Origin: an uncultured Eubacteriales bacterium
GTDB taxonomy: Bacteria; Bacillota; Clostridia; TANB77; CAG-508
Direction: 5' to 3'
Assembly (NCBI GenBank): GCA_949288095.1
Contig: CASEIX010000021.1
Coordinates: forward strand, 1,120-65,119
DNA length: 64,000 nucleotides
Every line of letters begins with the position of its first letter. The first letter of the stretch is position 1. The notes under the pieces are model-generated. The model ran no database searches. It was not told where the DNA came from and worked only from the letters and a program-made list of their open reading frames with translations. This document shows, piece after piece, positions 47,812-56,126 of this stretch. A program made the position numbers and the translations under genes.

Positions 47812-48134
47812 TGTTAGAACAAATTATAATATATTTAATTACAACAGCCTTAGGAATTGCATTAGGCTTTGTTACATCTAAACTTAAAAAGAATAAGGAA
47901 AAAGATGAAAAGAAAAAAAAGAAAGAGGAAGCAATAGAACTTGGTGTACAAGCTCTTCTTCGCAATGAAATAATACGAAGGTATCGTGAATTTGAAAGCA
48001 AAGGCGAGATCTCTATATTGGATCAAGAAAATCTAGATGAAATGTTTATACAGTATCAAAATCTAGGTGGAAATGGAACAGTTAAAAAAATGATGAATGA
48101 TTTATATGAATTAAAAACAAAAATTGTAAGATAG
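47812..48134 (+). CDS. single-pass membrane protein of the lysis module
   Basis: Start moved to ATG 47812; TM IIIYLITTALGIALGFV then a Lys-rich stretch. Confidence 0.45.
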
Positions 48135-48145
48135 GAGGAATATTT

Positions 48146-48460
48146 ATGGAAGCACAAACAATTATAGGAATAGTGATAGTAGCAATAGTAGTAATAGCTT
48201 TTATAATATGGCTAGCATGGCAAATCAAGAAAAAAGGATTAAAAGAATTTGCAACAGAAATGATCGTAAAGGCAGAAGATATGTATAAGCAAGGTGAAAA
48301 TACAGAAAAACTAAATTATGTAATAGACAAAGTAATTGGCATGCTACCAACTTTTTTGCAATTCTTTATAACGCGAGAGGCAGTAAAGAACTTTGTTCAA
48401 AGTGTTTTTGACACAGTAAAAAAGGCACTAGATTATGTGCCAAAGAAGGAGGAAAATTAA
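48146..48460 (+). CDS. holin (LL-H-like)
   Basis: N-terminal TM IIGIVIVAIVVIAFIIWLAW; immediately upstream of the endolysin. Confidence 0.6.
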   Translation: MEAQTIIGIVIVAIVVIAFIIWLAWQIKKKGLKEFATEMIVKAEDMYKQGENTEKLNYVIDKVIGMLPTFLQFFITREAVKNFVQSVFDTVKKALDYVPKKEEN

Positions 48461-49144
48461 ATGAACTATACTGAATTTATTAATGAATACAATGGAAAAA
48501 GTTTTGACTATGATGGAGTTTCTGGAGTACAATGTGTAGATTTAATCAAGATGTATTTAAATAAAGTTTTCGGATTAACCCCAGGTGCTTGGGGAAATGC
48601 TAAAGACTATTATGAAAATTACGATAACAATAGTGTTTTAAAAGCTAATTTTGATAGAATAGCAAATACTCCAGAATTTGTGCCACAAAAAGGAGATATC
48701 GCAGTTTGGGGTGCAGGATTAGGTAATACATATGGACATATAGCAATAGCCACTGGAGAAGGAAATACATCTAATTTCTATACATATGACTTAAATTGGA
48801 ATGGTAAAACAGTTCATAAAGTAAATCATACATATAAAGGATTTTTGGGAGTATTAAGACCAAAAGACCAATCTAAAATTGGTACAGAGACAACAAATAA
48901 TGTTTCTAATGATAGTAATAAGGAGGAATTTGATATACCAAAAACATGGAAAAATGGAAGTACAAACGAAGATGTTTATGCAGATACAGATATGACTAAA
49001 AAAATAGGAACTATATATCCACGAGGAGAAGCAGATTGCTATGGAGTTGTAGACGGAAAATATTTAGTTTGTTATAACATATATAGTGGAAATACAGTAG
49101 CAAATAGAAAAACTGGATTTGTTAAATATAATGGTGGTTTATAA
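48461..49144 (+). CDS. endolysin with N-terminal CHAP domain and C-terminal binding domain
   Basis: GVSGVQCVDLIKMY catalytic Cys and TYGHIAIA His. Confidence 0.85.
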   Translation: MNYTEFINEYNGKSFDYDGVSGVQCVDLIKMYLNKVFGLTPGAWGNAKDYYENYDNNSVLKANFDRIANTPEFVPQKGDIAVWGAGLGNTYGHIAIATGEGNTSNFYTYDLNWNGKTVHKVNHTYKGFLGVLRPKDQSKIGTETTNNVSNDSNKEEFDIPKTWKNGSTNEDVYADTDMTKKIGTIYPRGEADCYGVVDGKYLVCYNIYSGNTVANRKTGFVKYNGGL

Positions 49145-49150
49145 AATACA

Positions 49151-49189
49151 AGAGTTAGATTAGATTAATTTCTAGTCTAGCTCTTTTTT
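49151..49189 (+). terminator. rho-independent terminator of the late operon
   Basis: agagttagattaga / tctagtctagctct stem (G-U pairs) plus TTTTTT. Confidence 0.6.
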
Positions 49190-49450
49190 GCGTTTAAACA
49201 AAAATAAAGAGCAAAGATTTTCTCTCTACTCTTTATTCAATCTCATATTGGACAATAATATATTCTATTTCTATTATCATAAACTATTTTTTTAAAATAT
49301 GTCAATAAAAGTACCTAAAATCAATGGATGTAAGTATATTGTTTAAAAATAAAAATCCTTTAAAATCCATTCTCGTAAGCCGAATTTTGCTTGATATTTC
49401 AATGATTTTTAATACATTATAAAATACAAAAAAAGAAGTAATTAAACTTC

Positions 49451-49744
49451 TTACATTCTAATAATATCTATTAATTTAACTTTCATATCCCCTAAAACGG
49501 CATGCCTTTCTTCCATCATTTTAAATTTAACATAAATGATATATCTACCGCTTTGCACATAAAAATTATATGTAAAACATATATCATTATTGATTATTTC
49601 CATAACCCAATATTTTATAACATCTAAAGCACTTTTCTTTGTTTTAAAGATTGTTTTTATTTTATTGTCAAGTTCATCTATATACATTTCCTTTCCATAA
49701 AGTTCATCTCTCGCTTGTTCTACTAGTTTATCTATTTTTGCCAT
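49451..49744 (-). CDS. hypothetical protein in the attR-proximal cargo region
   Basis: Start moved to ATG 49744 behind AAGGAG; 97 aa. Confidence 0.5.
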   Translation of the reverse strand: MAKIDKLVEQARDELYGKEMYIDELDNKIKTIFKTKKSALDVIKYWVMEIINNDICFTYNFYVQSGRYIIYVKFKMMEERHAVLGDMKVKLIDIIRM

Positions 49745-50010
49745 AAAATCACTCCTTTTAATTTTGATAAAAATATCATGTTTTCTATTAAAAATCAATA
49801 TTTTATAAAGATTCGACAAATTTCTTAAGACAAACCTAGATAAAAATGTTAAAATATAATTAGATATAAATATATATATGTTACAAAATATCTCGGATTA
49901 GTAAATCTAATTCGGGATATTTTTATATTATTGAATATAATAAATTCAAACTAATATATCACATTGTTAATTAGAATTGATAAAAATTTTCGTATAAGAA
50001 AATTGGGTTT

Positions 50011-50028
50011 TTCCACCATAGTGGACAA
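50011..50028 (+). promoter_or_regulatory. 18-nt motif ttccaccatagtggacaa (contains TCCAC-n4-GTGGA inverted repeat), copy 1
   Basis: Repeated 17/18 at 50347-50364; each copy lies ~50 nt upstream of a small gene. Confidence 0.45.
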
Positions 50029-50079
50029 AATGTATGTTATATAGAAATCTGGACATACTAAAGTCAAAGGTGGAAATGT

Positions 50080-50281
50080 ATGAGAATAGAGATTTTACTA
50101 AGGCAAATTAGAAAAGAAAAACGGATATAGTTTAGAACAATTAGCAAAAATGACAGGAATTTCAAAATCACACTTAAATTATATCGAAAAAGGAGAAAAA
50201 GAACCGTCATTGTCGATGGCTGTAAGAATAGCACAATCATTGAATATAAAAATAGAAGAATTATATAGAATAATACCATAG
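50080..50281 (+). CDS. XRE-family HTH protein; frame changes +1 at in-frame CGG 50122-50124
   Basis: AAGGTGGA RBS. MRIEILLRQIRKEK-GYSLEQLAKMTGISKSHLNYIEKGEKEPSLSMAVRIAQSLNIKIEELYRIIP. Confidence 0.65.
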
Positions 50282-50346
50282 CACAATTTTAGTGCTATTT
50301 TATTTTTTGTAAATGAAAATGGCACTTTCGTAAAATTTTTTGCAAT

Positions 50347-50364
50347 TTCCACCATAGTGAACAA
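50347..50364 (+). promoter_or_regulatory. 18-nt motif ttccaccatagtgaacaa, copy 2
   Basis: 17/18 identical to 50011-50028. Confidence 0.45.
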
Positions 50365-50409
50365 GGTTTACTATATATATGACTTAAAGTAAATGTAAGG
50401 AGATTGGAT

Positions 50410-50541
50410 ATGAAAGATGTAGTAGTTGATAAAATAAAAAAACAATTAAATGAAAAAGAGATGAGAAATGTATTAAAAAATATATGTAAATATTTTCATA
50501 AAGATGTAAGATTAATAGAAAAATACAATAGTAATAATTGA
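50410..50541 (+). CDS. small hypothetical protein (43 aa)
   Basis: TAAGGAGA RBS. Confidence 0.35.
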   Translation: MKDVVVDKIKKQLNEKEMRNVLKNICKYFHKDVRLIEKYNSNN

Positions 50542-50583
50542 TAAAATGATATTGCTTTTTTTGGTTAGATATACTATAATGTG

Positions 50584-50604
50584 TTTGACAACTTTTTGAC
50601 AACT
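50584..50604 (+). repeat. two direct TTTGACAACT copies (putative arm-type sites, P arm)
   Basis: 50584-50593 and 50595-50604. Confidence 0.55.
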
Positions 50605-50664
50605 TTCTTAATAGAAAAAGTGGACAAAATAGACAAAATAGACAACCAAATCAAAATACAAAAA

Positions 50665-50674
50665 AGTTGTCAAA
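50665..50674 (-). repeat. inverted TTTGACAACT copy
   Basis: agttgtcaaa; overlaps the -35 of the phage-supplied tRNA promoter. Confidence 0.5.
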
Positions 50675-50696
50675 CATAGAATATAACTGGTAAAAT
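50667..50696 (+). promoter_or_regulatory. prophage-supplied promoter for the reconstituted tRNA-Thr
   Basis: TTGTCA (50667-50672), 18-nt spacer, TGgTAAAAT (TAAAAT 50691-50696), 9 nt before the tRNA 5' end. Confidence 0.5.
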
Positions 50697-50705
50697 GCTT
50701 AATAT

Positions 50706-50781
50706 GCCACTATAGCTCAGTTGGTAGAGCAACGGATTCGTAACCCGTAGGTCAGCAGTTCGATTCTGCTTAATGGCTCCA
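50706..50781 (+). tRNA. tRNA-Thr (anticodon CGU), CCA encoded; positions 1-38 are prophage-derived (attR core 50706-50743)
   Basis: Manual cloverleaf: D arm GCTC-AGTTGGTA-GAGC, anticodon loop TTCGTAA, T arm CAGCA-GTTCGAT-TCTGC region. The acceptor has a C5-A68 mismatch, while the attL fragment has T5. Confidence 0.9.
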
Positions 50782-50923
50782 AAGTTTATAAAATCAATAA
50801 AGTTATGGGCAAATTTGACAATACAGAAATTGTTGAATTTGCCATTTTTATGTAAATATGATATAATCTAGGTCGTAAAAACATTTAAAAGTAGCAAGTT
50901 GGCAATAAAGAGGAGGATTTTAT

Positions 50924-51391
50924 ATGGGAATCAAAAAGGAATCAGCTGAAATTGCTAAAGAACGGCAAAAGGATAAAAAGAAATTAAAGAAGAAAGCAAC
51001 GAAAAGAATGATTTCAATGATTATGGATGTATTTCGTGTATCTAATAAAGAGATACCGATTTACAAGATAAGATTGAAAATGTTCGATAGTTCGGGCATG
51101 GTTGATTGTTCGGTTGCATTTTCGAAAAGAAGTAATAAGTTTTACCACTTGTCTTGTGCAGATCCTGTGTGTTTTGCAACTTCTGAAAAGCTACTGAAAT
51201 GTGGCGAGGAAAAAATAAGAGATGTTCCAAAAACGATTGGTAGATTGATATACTTTAAAAATACGATGTTCTCCAAAGATATACTGGATTGGGTGTATGA
51301 GAAAATGCGTAAAATACCACAATATCAGATTACTAAGATGAATGGAAGTATAGAAATCACATTGTTAGATGAGCCGGCTTGCGAAAAGTAA
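50924..51391 (+). CDS. hypothetical protein with Lys-rich N-terminus; contains the only non-shifting in-frame CGG (50963)
   Basis: GAGGAGG RBS; 155 aa; several TCG Ser codons, visibly more CG dinucleotides than neighbours. Confidence 0.55.
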   Translation: MGIKKESAEIAKERQKDKKKLKKKATKRMISMIMDVFRVSNKEIPIYKIRLKMFDSSGMVDCSVAFSKRSNKFYHLSCADPVCFATSEKLLKCGEEKIRDVPKTIGRLIYFKNTMFSKDILDWVYEKMRKIPQYQITKMNGSIEITLLDEPACEK

Positions 51392-51413
51392 GGTCTATTT
51401 TATGAAGAACCTC

Positions 51414-51460
51414 AAAAAAGGTCCCAAGAATTACGGAAGTGATTTTAGGGACCTTTTTTT
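51414..51460 (+). terminator. rho-independent terminator
   Basis: aaaaaaggtccc ... gggacctttttttt. Confidence 0.6.
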
Positions 51461-51653
51461 ATATAAAAGTATTTGATAAGGCGTTTTTTATTTTTGGGCA
51501 TCAGAATATAGAACGATAGCTTTCTGCATAACACTAATTTGTATAAATGTCTATTTTATAAAAAATAAGAAAAATTAGAGAAAAAAATGATAATGGAATA
51601 ATTATCATGATATAATATGGTAAAAGAATAATAAAAAATAAAAGGAAAGAAAA

Positions 51654-52469
51654 ATGGGAAGTTTGAAAGATTTGGTAAAAAGAATAAAAATAAGGAAGAG
51701 AACAGAAAATGAATTATCTAAATTTGAAACAAGATTGGATGAAATTGCTCAAATGGATGTAGATGAGTCAAAAAAACAAGAAAAGATATTAGAGATTTTA
51801 AAGGAAGCAGAAAGAAAAAGGCGTTATCAAGTAATAGAACTTGATATAAAACCTTCTGAGTATCAAGATGATTATTCTTTTTTTGAACAATATTGGAAAG
51901 ATAGAGAGGATGTTCAAAAATCCATAAAAAAACAACGTGGATTTGAAGTTGCTGAAAATTTAGAAGGTATATTAGTGCATAAAGATATGGATTTTGCAAG
52001 AGTAAAGGAAATATATGAACAATATAATATGTATTATTCTCAAAATAAAAGAAATAAAATAAATGTATTACCAGAAAATGATTATGAAAAATATCAACAA
52101 ATAAAAGAATTTATGGAAAAACATATAGAGTCTTTTAGTATTTTAAATAAAGAAAGTATGGAGAAAAAATTAAAAGAAAAATTGCAAATGGCAGTTGTAA
52201 AAAGAATAGAAGAAGCGGGAGATATGAAAGAACAAAATAGGGTTTTTGAAGAATATGTGCAATTTTCAAATACGAATATACACCAACAACTGGGAGAATT
52301 AGACTATGTTTTTAAAGCGGTTGGAAATTTTGAATTTATGAAGCAAAGGACAAAAATGAAAAAGTTTAAAGAATATGGTTTGGATTTGAAATTTGAAGAT
52401 AAAATTCCTGTACTTTATGAGCAACAGAAGAAGCTGAAAAAGAGGTTGAGAGAAAAAATGAATATCTAG
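51654..52469 (+). CDS. hypothetical protein
   Basis: 271-aa Lys/Glu-rich ORF. Confidence 0.5.
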   Translation: MGSLKDLVKRIKIRKRTENELSKFETRLDEIAQMDVDESKKQEKILEILKEAERKRRYQVIELDIKPSEYQDDYSFFEQYWKDREDVQKSIKKQRGFEVAENLEGILVHKDMDFARVKEIYEQYNMYYSQNKRNKINVLPENDYEKYQQIKEFMEKHIESFSILNKESMEKKLKEKLQMAVVKRIEEAGDMKEQNRVFEEYVQFSNTNIHQQLGELDYVFKAVGNFEFMKQRTKMKKFKEYGLDLKFEDKIPVLYEQQKKLKKRLREKMNI

Positions 52470-52480
52470 CTTCAGAAAGG

Positions 52481-53503
52481 ATGGAAGATTCTATTACAGA
52501 AGAAGATTTGATACTAGTCAGAAGTACAGATGTATTTCCAAAACATAGGCTTATAGAAACAATAGATAAACATACAATGCCAGAACCAATGCCTTCATAT
52601 TTTGCAAAAGAATTAAAAGAAAGAATAGATAGTAAGGAACTTTCTCAGTATGATGTGTTAGATTTTATTAATAGAAGAACGATTCATTGGACATTGAATG
52701 GATTAGTAGGAGATCATCAATATGGTAAATTTTCTAATAGAAAATATATAATAGTAGAGCCTTTAGAAGAACAAATACAAAATGAAGGGTTATTAAGTTT
52801 AAATGAAGCAGATACATATTTTGAACAAGATATGAAATTATCACCTAGGGCAACAATTTTAATGCCGATAGAACAATATGGAGAGGTGTTGAAAGATTCT
52901 ACAAGTAAAAAGCAGTTAGAAGGATTTGATATAGCTGTGTATACAGGAGAAGATTATATTGCAACAAAGATGTTATTAAATGACAAAGAATATATTTTTG
53001 GAGATATAGGTACATGGGGATATATAACAAATAGAAATACTGATGCGGGAATATATGCTGATAAATTAGAAGAAGGCATTGAAAATATTTCAGAACGATT
53101 AAGAGAAGAAGGAAGACCAATAGAAGATACAAAGATACATCGAAATTCAAAAAGTTATGCTAAAGATAATGAAAGGCGATACACATTATATGTAGAAGGA
53201 ATAGAAAGATTTGTGGATTTTTTAGCAGATAAAAGTGATGAAGAAATTCCAGGAGAATCTGTGAAAAGAGAACTTTTAAGGAGAGAGGGATTAGATTATA
53301 AACAATATGCATCTGCTCCAGAGGTCTCTTTGGAAGAAGTGGTAGATTCAATAGGTGTAGAAGAATTAAAAGAAATTACAAAAGAGTATAATGAATATAT
53401 GTTAGAATTGTATAGAGAAGAGCGAAAAAAGAAGGATAAAGAAAATGTGGAAAAAGGATTGATAACAGAAGATGAATTAGAAGAGGATCATATAGAAAAA
53501 TAA
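52481..53503 (+). CDS. hypothetical protein
   Basis: 340-aa ORF, tightly following 51654..52469. Confidence 0.5.
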   Translation: MEDSITEEDLILVRSTDVFPKHRLIETIDKHTMPEPMPSYFAKELKERIDSKELSQYDVLDFINRRTIHWTLNGLVGDHQYGKFSNRKYIIVEPLEEQIQNEGLLSLNEADTYFEQDMKLSPRATILMPIEQYGEVLKDSTSKKQLEGFDIAVYTGEDYIATKMLLNDKEYIFGDIGTWGYITNRNTDAGIYADKLEEGIENISERLREEGRPIEDTKIHRNSKSYAKDNERRYTLYVEGIERFVDFLADKSDEEIPGESVKRELLRREGLDYKQYASAPEVSLEEVVDSIGVEELKEITKEYNEYMLELYREERKKKDKENVEKGLITEDELEEDHIEK

Positions 53504-53677
53504 AATGTTTAATTTGAGGATGAAGTTAACGATTTCTTACCCCAAAATGAAATTTTATGTAAAATGTGTTATTATAGATAAAAATGAAAAAAATATGTCG
53601 AATTTTCAATAATACTTGGAAAAATTGAAGAAAGATGATATACTATTATAGTAAAATAAATAAAAGGAGAAGGAAAA

Positions 53678-54628
53678 ATGGAAAATATCAAAATCTTTGC
53701 CTGTAAAAGTGCAGAAAATTTCACAAAAGAGATATGTGATTATCTAAAATTACCAGTAGGACAAATGGACATACTAAAGTTTAAAAATGACAATACATTT
53801 GTACAAATTAAGGAAACAGTAAGAGAACAAGATGTTTATATTGTACAAATGACAACACCTCCAGTAAACGAAAGAGTTATGGAGTTGCTAATTGCAATAG
53901 ATGCATTTAAAAGAGCATCTGCAAAAAATATCAATGTAGTTTTACCATATTATATTTATTCAAGATCAGACAAGAAAGACCAACCAAGGATACCTGTTAC
54001 AGCAAAATTAATGCAACAGTTATTAGAAGCAGCAGGAGCAACAAGAGTCATAACATGTGACTTACACAATCCAGCAATTCAAGCATATTTTAATATCAAT
54101 TGTGACAGATTATCAGCACAAAATATTTTACAACAATATTTTAAAGAAAAAAATTTAAAAGATATGGTTATTGTAGCAACAGATGCTGGAAGTTCTAAAA
54201 AAGCATATAAATATTCTGAATATTTTGGTTGTCCAATTGCATTAATTGATAAAAGAAGAGCAGGCAATGATGATAGAGCAATTGCTACAACAGTTATAGG
54301 TGATGTTGAAAATAAAGAAGCAATTATTTTTGATGACGAAGTTGATACAGCAGGATCTTTAATTGAAACAGCAAAAATCTTGGAGAGATTTCATGCAAAA
54401 GAGATTTATGCAGGTTGTACACATGGTGTATTATCAGCAGATGCCGTACAAAGAATTGAAGCATCTCCAATAAAAGAATTAGTTATTACTAATACAATTC
54501 CATTATCAGAAGAAAAGCAAAAACAAAGTAGTAAAATAAAAGTATTAACGATTGCACCATTATTTGCAGAAGCAATTAGAAGATTGAATGAAGCAAGACC
54601 ATTAGGAGAATTATTTATATTAGAATAA
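53678..54628 (+). CDS. prs: ribose-phosphate pyrophosphokinase
   Basis: DLHNPAIQAYF, VATDAGSSKKA, and PRPP-binding IIFDDEVDTAGS motifs. Confidence 0.92.
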   Translation: MENIKIFACKSAENFTKEICDYLKLPVGQMDILKFKNDNTFVQIKETVREQDVYIVQMTTPPVNERVMELLIAIDAFKRASAKNINVVLPYYIYSRSDKKDQPRIPVTAKLMQQLLEAAGATRVITCDLHNPAIQAYFNINCDRLSAQNILQQYFKEKNLKDMVIVATDAGSSKKAYKYSEYFGCPIALIDKRRAGNDDRAIATTVIGDVENKEAIIFDDEVDTAGSLIETAKILERFHAKEIYAGCTHGVLSADAVQRIEASPIKELVITNTIPLSEEKQKQSSKIKVLTIAPLFAEAIRRLNEARPLGELFILE

Positions 54629-54781
54629 GAATTTTCGGGAACGGATTCAAAAATCCTTCATCTTTTGATTCTGAATGATTTCGTACGTACCAAAACAGTA
54701 TACAAAATAAAGTGCAATAAAAACATACTGTGATAACAATAAGATAATGTAACTAAAAGGTTAAATATAACTAAAAAATAC

Positions 54782-54804
54782 ACCAGCGTAATGCTGGTTT
54801 TTTT
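54782..54804 (+). terminator. rho-independent terminator ~150 nt after prs
   Basis: ccagc-gtaat-gctgg then TTTTTTT. Confidence 0.5.
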
Positions 54805-55069
54805 ATTGAATGGGAAAAATTAAAATTTTCCTATTCAATAAAAAAATAAAGTTACACAGAAAATTACTACGTAATTTTTTTCAAATTGATAAATCTTTAC
54901 ATTTCTTTGAGAAATTAAATATATTAAAAAAATTCTTACGAAGCAAGAATGGTTATGAAATAGAAAGATAAATTAAACAAAATATTGAAATTAATGGAAA
55001 TATCAGAAAAAATATGTTAAAATAGATAATGTTAAAACAAAAGTAATAAAAAGAGAAAGGAAATTAACC

Positions 55070-55975
55070 ATGGGATTTTTTGATAAATTAAAAAATGGCT
55101 TAAATAAAACAAAAAAATCATTTGATGAAAAAATCAATAATGTATTTAGTAGTTTTAGAAAAGTAGACGAAGACTTTTTAGAAGAATTAGAAGAAATTTT
55201 AATTATGTCAGACATTGGAATGGATACATCTGTAAAAATTATCAATCATTTAAGAGAAAGAATTAAAAAAGAAAAAATAGAAGATGAAGAAGATGTAAAA
55301 AAGGCACTAAGAGAAGAAATGCAAAAGATATTAGAAGTAACAGATGTAAGTTTACATTTAAATACAAAACCATCAGTTATATTAGTTGTTGGTGTCAATG
55401 GTGTAGGAAAAACAACTTCTATCGGAAAAATTGCAAATCGTTTAGCAAAAGATGGAAAAAAAGTCGTTGTTGCAGCGGCAGATACTTTTAGAGCGGCAGC
55501 GGTAGAACAATTAGAGATTTGGGCAAAACGTTCAGGAGCAGATATTGTAAAACGAGAAGAAGGGGTAGATCCAGCATCTGTTGTATATGATGCAATTAAA
55601 ATCACAAGAGAAAAGAATGCAGATGTGTTAATTGTTGATACGGCTGGAAGACTTCATAATAAAAAATATCTAATGGATGAATTGAACAAAATTCAAAAAG
55701 TGATTAATAAAGAAATGAGTGAAGCAGATAAAGAAGTATTACTAGTCATTGATGGAACCACTGGACAAAATGCCATCTCACAAGTAAAAGCATTTAAAGA
55801 AGAGGCAGATATAACGGGATTGGTATTAACTAAATTAGATGGTACGGCCAAAGGTGGTGTGGTTATTGGAATTGTAGAAGAAAATAAAATACCAGTCAAA
55901 TTTATTGGTGTAGGAGAACAAATTGATGACATGGAAATCTTTAATGCAGAAGAGTTTGTAAAAGCAATTATTTAG
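55070..55975 (+). CDS. ftsY: signal recognition particle receptor
   Basis: GVNGVGKTTSIGK, DTAGRLHN, TKLDGTAKGG GTPase motifs. Confidence 0.93.
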   Translation: MGFFDKLKNGLNKTKKSFDEKINNVFSSFRKVDEDFLEELEEILIMSDIGMDTSVKIINHLRERIKKEKIEDEEDVKKALREEMQKILEVTDVSLHLNTKPSVILVVGVNGVGKTTSIGKIANRLAKDGKKVVVAAADTFRAAAVEQLEIWAKRSGADIVKREEGVDPASVVYDAIKITREKNADVLIVDTAGRLHNKKYLMDELNKIQKVINKEMSEADKEVLLVIDGTTGQNAISQVKAFKEEADITGLVLTKLDGTAKGGVVIGIVEENKIPVKFIGVGEQIDDMEIFNAEEFVKAII

Positions 55976-56126
55976 AACTTTAGGGACAGTTTTCGAAGTT
56001 CATGAAAAAGTAAAATAGTAGAAAATTATTGAGATATTCAAAATTTCAACTTTAAAGATTGTGGTTAAAGTTTTTAAAGTCGAAATTAAAAATCAAAGGA
56101 GATGCTAGAAAAAAGGAGGAATTATC

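Larger units (their letters stand above)
9795..50743. mobile_element. integrated HK97-like siphovirus prophage, ~41 kb, bounded by a 38-bp direct repeat (attL/attR cores)
   Basis: 38-bp repeat 9795-9832 / 50706-50743 (1 mismatch) equals tRNA-Thr positions 1-38; integrase next to attL; full lysogeny, replication, packaging, head, tail and lysis modules between. Confidence 0.92.

Noticed and set aside
9850-49319. Shared 15-mer ataaaagtacctaaa at 9850-9864 and 49305-49319 as a possible secondary att site
   Set aside because: A single short AT-rich match with no flanking similarity. It is compatible with chance in 64 kb of AT-rich DNA. The 38-bp tRNA repeat explains the prophage borders.
27317-50125. 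Identical 16-mer aaagaaaaacggatat at two shift sites (27320-27335, 50110-50125) as a mobile or programmed frameshift cassette
   Set aside because: Both encode K-E-K-(C)-G-Y using the dominant AT-rich codons. The other nine sites share only CGG plus A/T, so the identity is most simply codon-usage coincidence.
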